Source of the DNA: a virus
Lineage: Duplodnaviria; Caudoviricetes
Length of the DNA: 37,172 nt
Direction: 5' to 3' (one strand)
Virus record (IMG/VR): IMGVR_UViG_3300043112_000199
Location: 1-37,172 of that record
The first letter of the stretch is position 1. Each line of letters starts with the position of its first letter. The translations under genes and the position numbers were made by a program. Below the pieces are notes generated by a model, which did not search any database, was not told where the DNA came from, and saw only the letters and a program-made list of their open reading frames with translations. Shown piece after piece: positions 33,454 to 37,172 of this stretch.

Positions 33454-34621
33454 GACGCTCGACGATGTGCGCTCCATGGTCTTCGGCCATGTGGAAGACG
33501 TGCAGCAGGAATATGCGGCCAAAGGCTGGCTGCCCGCACAGCTGAATCTGAACAAGGGGGTAGTACGCGGGCTGCTCGAAATCTATTGCTGGGGCCTGTA
33601 CCAGCTCTATCAGCTGCTGGCCGCCGTGTTCATTCAGGCCGCCCCGCTCACAGCCACGGACGACGACTGGCTGGAGTGGCACGCCGAACAGGTGGAGGCC
33701 CCGCGCAAACAGGCCACCAAGGCCGAGGGCGTGGTCCGCTTCGCCCGTGCCGGCACGTCCGGCAACCTGCCCATCCCGGCCGGGCGTATTCTGCGCACCA
33801 AGCCGGACGGTACGGGCAGGATTTACCGATACGTCACTACGGCCGAAGGCGTCATAACGGACGGCACCAACGAGGTCAGCGTCCCGGCGGTGGCCGAGGA
33901 TTACGGCGCGGCCGCCAACGCATCCGCCGGACAGATCACGGAGATGGCCACCCCGGTGCCGGGCGTGGACGCGGTTTCCAACTCCGCCGACTGGCTCGTC
34001 AGCGAGGGCGCGGATCTGGAACCACTCGATCATCTGCGGGAACGCTACGTGCTGCGTTGGATGGGCAACAACGGCATGACCAAGCACGCCTACGCATCCT
34101 GGGCGCTGAGCGTCACCGGCGTCGTAGCCGTGAAAATTCTCGACCAGCACCCGCGCGGCCAGGGCACCGTGGACGTCATCGTCAAAGGCGCGGACGGCAT
34201 CCCCACGGCAAACCTGCTGGATGCGGTCCGTCAGGCCGTGGCCACCGGAGCACGCCCCGAAGAAGTGCAGGCAGGCCCACCCGTCAACGACGACTGGCAG
34301 GTACGCGGCCCGCAACCCGTCGCCCTGAATATTGAGGGTACGCTGGTGCTCATGCCCGGCACGCATGCGGATTCGGCCCGCGCCGAGGCGGACCAACGAA
34401 TCCGCGCCCTGTTCACCGACCCGGCAAACGTACCGGGCATCAATCCCCTGCAGATTGGCGAGGACGTCCCGCTGGACCGCCTGACCGCCGCAGTCATGGC
34501 CGTGGATGGCGTCAAGCGTGTCGAATGGACCGCCCCGGCAGCCGACGTAGTCGTGCCAGAAGACGGACTGGCCACGCTCGGCAGCCTGACCCTGACCACA
34601 ACTGAAGCCGGGGAGGAATAG
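33431..34621 (+). CDS. Baseplate J / gp47 protein
   Basis: WLEWHA...RKQATKAEG..GADLE...LRER..WALSVTGV..RGQGTVDV. Confidence 0.92.
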   Translation: MPTPQLSKTLDDVRSMVFGHVEDVQQEYAAKGWLPAQLNLNKGVVRGLLEIYCWGLYQLYQLLAAVFIQAAPLTATDDDWLEWHAEQVEAPRKQATKAEGVVRFARAGTSGNLPIPAGRILRTKPDGTGRIYRYVTTAEGVITDGTNEVSVPAVAEDYGAAANASAGQITEMATPVPGVDAVSNSADWLVSEGADLEPLDHLRERYVLRWMGNNGMTKHAYASWALSVTGVVAVKILDQHPRGQGTVDVIVKGADGIPTANLLDAVRQAVATGARPEEVQAGPPVNDDWQVRGPQPVALNIEGTLVLMPGTHADSARAEADQRIRALFTDPANVPGINPLQIGEDVPLDRLTAAVMAVDGVKRVEWTAPAADVVVPEDGLATLGSLTLTTTEAGEE

Positions 34622-34623
34622 CC

Positions 34624-34695
34624 GTGATCCTGTTCGTTCTGATCGTTGCCGTCGCGATTTTCTCTGCAGGCTTTTTCTTCGGAAGGAGCCTCTGA
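34624..34695 (+). CDS. 23-aa single-TM microprotein
   Basis: GGAGG SD, GTG start, MILFVLIVAVAIFSAGFFFGRSL; TGATG overlap with the next gene. Confidence 0.55.
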   Translation: MILFVLIVAVAIFSAGFFFGRSL

Positions 34696-35336
34696 TGGGC
34701 GTCTTCAAGGACTACTTTTTCAAGACGCTGCGCTGGCCGCTTTCGCATCGCCCCGGCGCGCTGGCGGTCATCGTGGAAGGACTGGCCAGAAGCATGGATC
34801 AGGTGCGCGGGGACATCATTCACCTGCGGAACCAGTTCAACCCGTGGACCTGCGAACCGAGAATGATCGCGAAGCACGCTGCCAGCCGTGGCATCCGCCA
34901 GCACGCCAGCGAATCGGACGAACAGTTCCGCGCCCGCTGCGTGCGGGCCTACGCATGGCAGCGGCTCGGCGGCGGGCAGCTCGGTATGCCGCAGATTCTG
35001 GCGCACTTCGGCTATTCGGACACGAGCATGATCAACGTCCGTGAAGAAGATCCCCAGCGCTGGGCCGAGTTCAGGCCGCGGGTGCCCGTGAAATCCGGCA
35101 TGAAGGCTGAAGACTTCAGGACCATCGGGTGGGTGGCCGAGGAAACCAAGCCCGCGCGCTCCAAACTGGCAGGCATCCGTGCCGCAAGCACGGTCGCCGG
35201 TTCGGTGAATGCTGGCGGCATCACGTTTTCCAGCATCCGCATCCGGCTCACTCCAGAGCGGACCACGAACATACAACTGACCGGCTCGGTCTACGGCGGC
35301 GCTTACTCGCATGTCGTAGCCCGCACCCGCGCATAA
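34695..35336 (+). CDS. Baseplate/tail protein I (gp48-like)
   Basis: HAASRGI...ESDEQFRAR..WAEF..ETKPARS. Confidence 0.8.
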   Translation: MGVFKDYFFKTLRWPLSHRPGALAVIVEGLARSMDQVRGDIIHLRNQFNPWTCEPRMIAKHAASRGIRQHASESDEQFRARCVRAYAWQRLGGGQLGMPQILAHFGYSDTSMINVREEDPQRWAEFRPRVPVKSGMKAEDFRTIGWVAEETKPARSKLAGIRAASTVAGSVNAGGITFSSIRIRLTPERTTNIQLTGSVYGGAYSHVVARTRA

Positions 35337-35345
35337 GGAGGAAGC

Positions 35346-36284
35346 ATGTCACTAATACTCACCAGATCTGGGCTTGAGGCATACGCCCAGGCCGATGCCA
35401 CCGGCTCCAAGCTGCAAGCCACGCACATGGCCGTGGGCGACGGCGGCGGCGCGGCGGTTTCGCACACGTCTCAGTCTTCGGGACTGGTCAACGAAACGTG
35501 GCGAGGCGCGCTGCAGGAAATCAAGATCGCAGCATCCGGCGAGGTGGAATTCATCGCGCACGTGCCCATCACCATGGGCGGCTGGTACATCCGCGAAATC
35601 GCCATCTACGCTGACGACACGCTGTTGGCCGTAGGCGCACATCCGGAAATTTGGAAGCCCGAACCGGATGCTCCGGACAAGGTGGAACTGGAAATCACGG
35701 CCCCGATCAAATTCGACAATGCATCTGCCCTGAGCCTCACCGTGGACACCACCAAGGTACTGGCCAGTCAGGAGCACGTTGCCACCAAGATCGCGGAGCA
35801 CGACGCTGACGCCACGGCGCACGCCGACATGATGGCCGGCAAGGCCGATGCGGATCATGTCCATCCGTACGCCCCCAAAAATCATGCCCACACCACTGCG
35901 GACGTGGCCGACCTGCTGAGCGATTCACACGAATGGCAGGAAAGTCAGGCGTACGCACTGAACACGCTTTCGATCAGCGCGGGCACGGTGACATGGGACA
36001 TGGGCGCGAACCCGAACGCTGTGCTCACTTTGACCGAGGACGTAACGAGTCTCACGCTGACCAACGTGGTTCCCGGCGCGACCTATGAACTCACGGTGTT
36101 GCAGGGAGCAACAGGGGGTCGCTCTCTCGCATGGCCCGCGTCAATACTTTGGGCCGGGGGAACTGCTGTTGACGTGACGCAGGATGCCAATGCCGAGGAC
36201 GTAATCATGTTCACGGTGCGAGACAACGGCGGCACCCCTGTGGTCCGTGGCTATGCAGGGCAAGACATGAAGGCGGTGGCATAA
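35346..36284 (+). CDS. Tail fibre (P2 gpH-like N-terminus)
   Basis: ILTRSG..THMAVGDGGG..GGWYIREIAIY; HxH motifs; C-terminal adaptor-like domain. Confidence 0.85.
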   Translation: MSLILTRSGLEAYAQADATGSKLQATHMAVGDGGGAAVSHTSQSSGLVNETWRGALQEIKIAASGEVEFIAHVPITMGGWYIREIAIYADDTLLAVGAHPEIWKPEPDAPDKVELEITAPIKFDNASALSLTVDTTKVLASQEHVATKIAEHDADATAHADMMAGKADADHVHPYAPKNHAHTTADVADLLSDSHEWQESQAYALNTLSISAGTVTWDMGANPNAVLTLTEDVTSLTLTNVVPGATYELTVLQGATGGRSLAWPASILWAGGTAVDVTQDANAEDVIMFTVRDNGGTPVVRGYAGQDMKAVA

Positions 36285-37168
36285 TGGGCGTCTTTCGGCA
36301 CAACCTTCCGCCTGACGCGTGCCCGCTCGGCGGCATCGCGGAGGTCATTGGTTCGACTCCGACAGCATACGACCTGAATTCCGGCATAGCGTTGGACCCC
36401 ATCAAACGTGTGTATCTTGGCTATGCCCCAAACGGCCTTGTCTATGGCACCTATTCTGCGTCGGGGGATATCTCGGCCCCCCTGATTAAATCCATCAGCG
36501 GGATAGAATCCGGCGGCAGTATTGTCATAGATGCCGAGCGGCAGCTCTGGTTCTTCTGCCAACAAGGATGGTCGATCGGTCCCGCTTCGGCGATACACTA
36601 CGGGACTTATAATGCCAACGGCGAACCCGTAAAAGTGGGCAGCATGACTATCAGCGGCTTCGTGAAAGGTGCTGCTCAGTGCATGACAATAGACCCCGTT
36701 AACCACCTCTGGTGGGCTGGAGATGATGGGGCACAGTCCGGAGATGCCCAGCAAGTAGCTTACGGCATCTACGACCCCGAGACCGGGGCCACCACGCAAT
36801 CCGGAATCTTTGACACGCCTGCCGTGGCAATTGGCGTCACCTGCGCCGCCTCGGATAACCTGCTGTGGATAAAGGATTTCGTTACCACATACGACCCGTC
36901 CACGGGCGCTCCTGGGACATGGACGGATTGTGGCGTTTACGTCGGGCGCTTCATAGGCAACGTTGACGAGCGGCGCAAGATGATTTTCATCCCCGGTTCC
37001 GTCAATGAGTCGTTCCGCGCTTTTCGCTACGCCCCGGACGGATCGTTGACGCTCATCGGAGACACACTCATGCCATCGTACGCCCGTGCGGTGGCTGTCG
37101 ATCCGCTTGCAACCCTGCTCATTTCCCCCGAATACAACGGCGACTTGTATTGCGGCAAATACTGCTAG
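36284..37168 (+). CDS. Putative receptor-binding / fibre-associated beta-rich protein
   Basis: TAATG-coupled to the fibre; repeated IALDP/VIDAE/TIDP/VAVDP blades. Confidence 0.55.
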   Translation: MGVFRHNLPPDACPLGGIAEVIGSTPTAYDLNSGIALDPIKRVYLGYAPNGLVYGTYSASGDISAPLIKSISGIESGGSIVIDAERQLWFFCQQGWSIGPASAIHYGTYNANGEPVKVGSMTISGFVKGAAQCMTIDPVNHLWWAGDDGAQSGDAQQVAYGIYDPETGATTQSGIFDTPAVAIGVTCAASDNLLWIKDFVTTYDPSTGAPGTWTDCGVYVGRFIGNVDERRKMIFIPGSVNESFRAFRYAPDGSLTLIGDTLMPSYARAVAVDPLATLLISPEYNGDLYCGKYC

Positions 37169-37172
37169 GAGG

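Larger units (their letters stand above)
2656..37172 (+). mobile_element. Transposable Mu-like prophage with contractile tail; right end outside the window
   Basis: Order: repressor, Ner-like, DDE transposase, AAA ATPase, DUF3164, GemA, lysis, terminase, portal, MuF, protease, capsid, tail, baseplate, fibre. Candidate terminal TG at 2656 is followed by repeated motifs. Confidence 0.93.

Noticed and set aside
16104-34708. Long antisense ORFs (16104-17567, 17996-19228, 19318-20700, 21687-23171, 24524-25699, 29069-30082, 33425-34708)
   Set aside because: Mirror frames of well-supported structural genes; no SD or recognisable domains.
35346-37172. Diversity-generating retroelement or invertible fibre cassette
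   Set aside because: No reverse transcriptase, TR/VR pair, invertase or inverted crossover sites seen within the window.

Overview
Positions 1-2655 are the tail of a resident integrative element: a tyrosine recombinase with a structured leader, an excisionase-like HTH gene and a second tyrosine integrase. From about 2656 to the end of the window is a nearly complete transposable (Mu-like) myoprophage, apparently inserted into the last codons of that integrase. Its right end lies beyond the window. The prophage carries repressor/Ner-like genes, MuA and MuB, DUF3164, HU, GemA, a lysis cassette, terminase, portal, MuF, protease/scaffold, capsid, a contractile tail with a -1 frameshift chaperone, baseplate and fibre genes, plus several low-GC antisense morons including an AbiJ/HEPN-like defence gene. 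The host is probably a GC-rich deltaproteobacterium such as Desulfovibrionaceae (impression only). Main non-ORF signals: (1) a complete type II hammerhead ribozyme right after the HU stop codon; (2) a discrete antisense small RNA, with its own promoter and terminator, behind a MuF gene that has a nuclease-like extension and no protein immunity gene; (3) a shared activator-type late-promoter motif; (4) a 23-codon hydrophobic microprotein in the baseplate operon. Family names come from recognised motifs and synteny, not from database searches.
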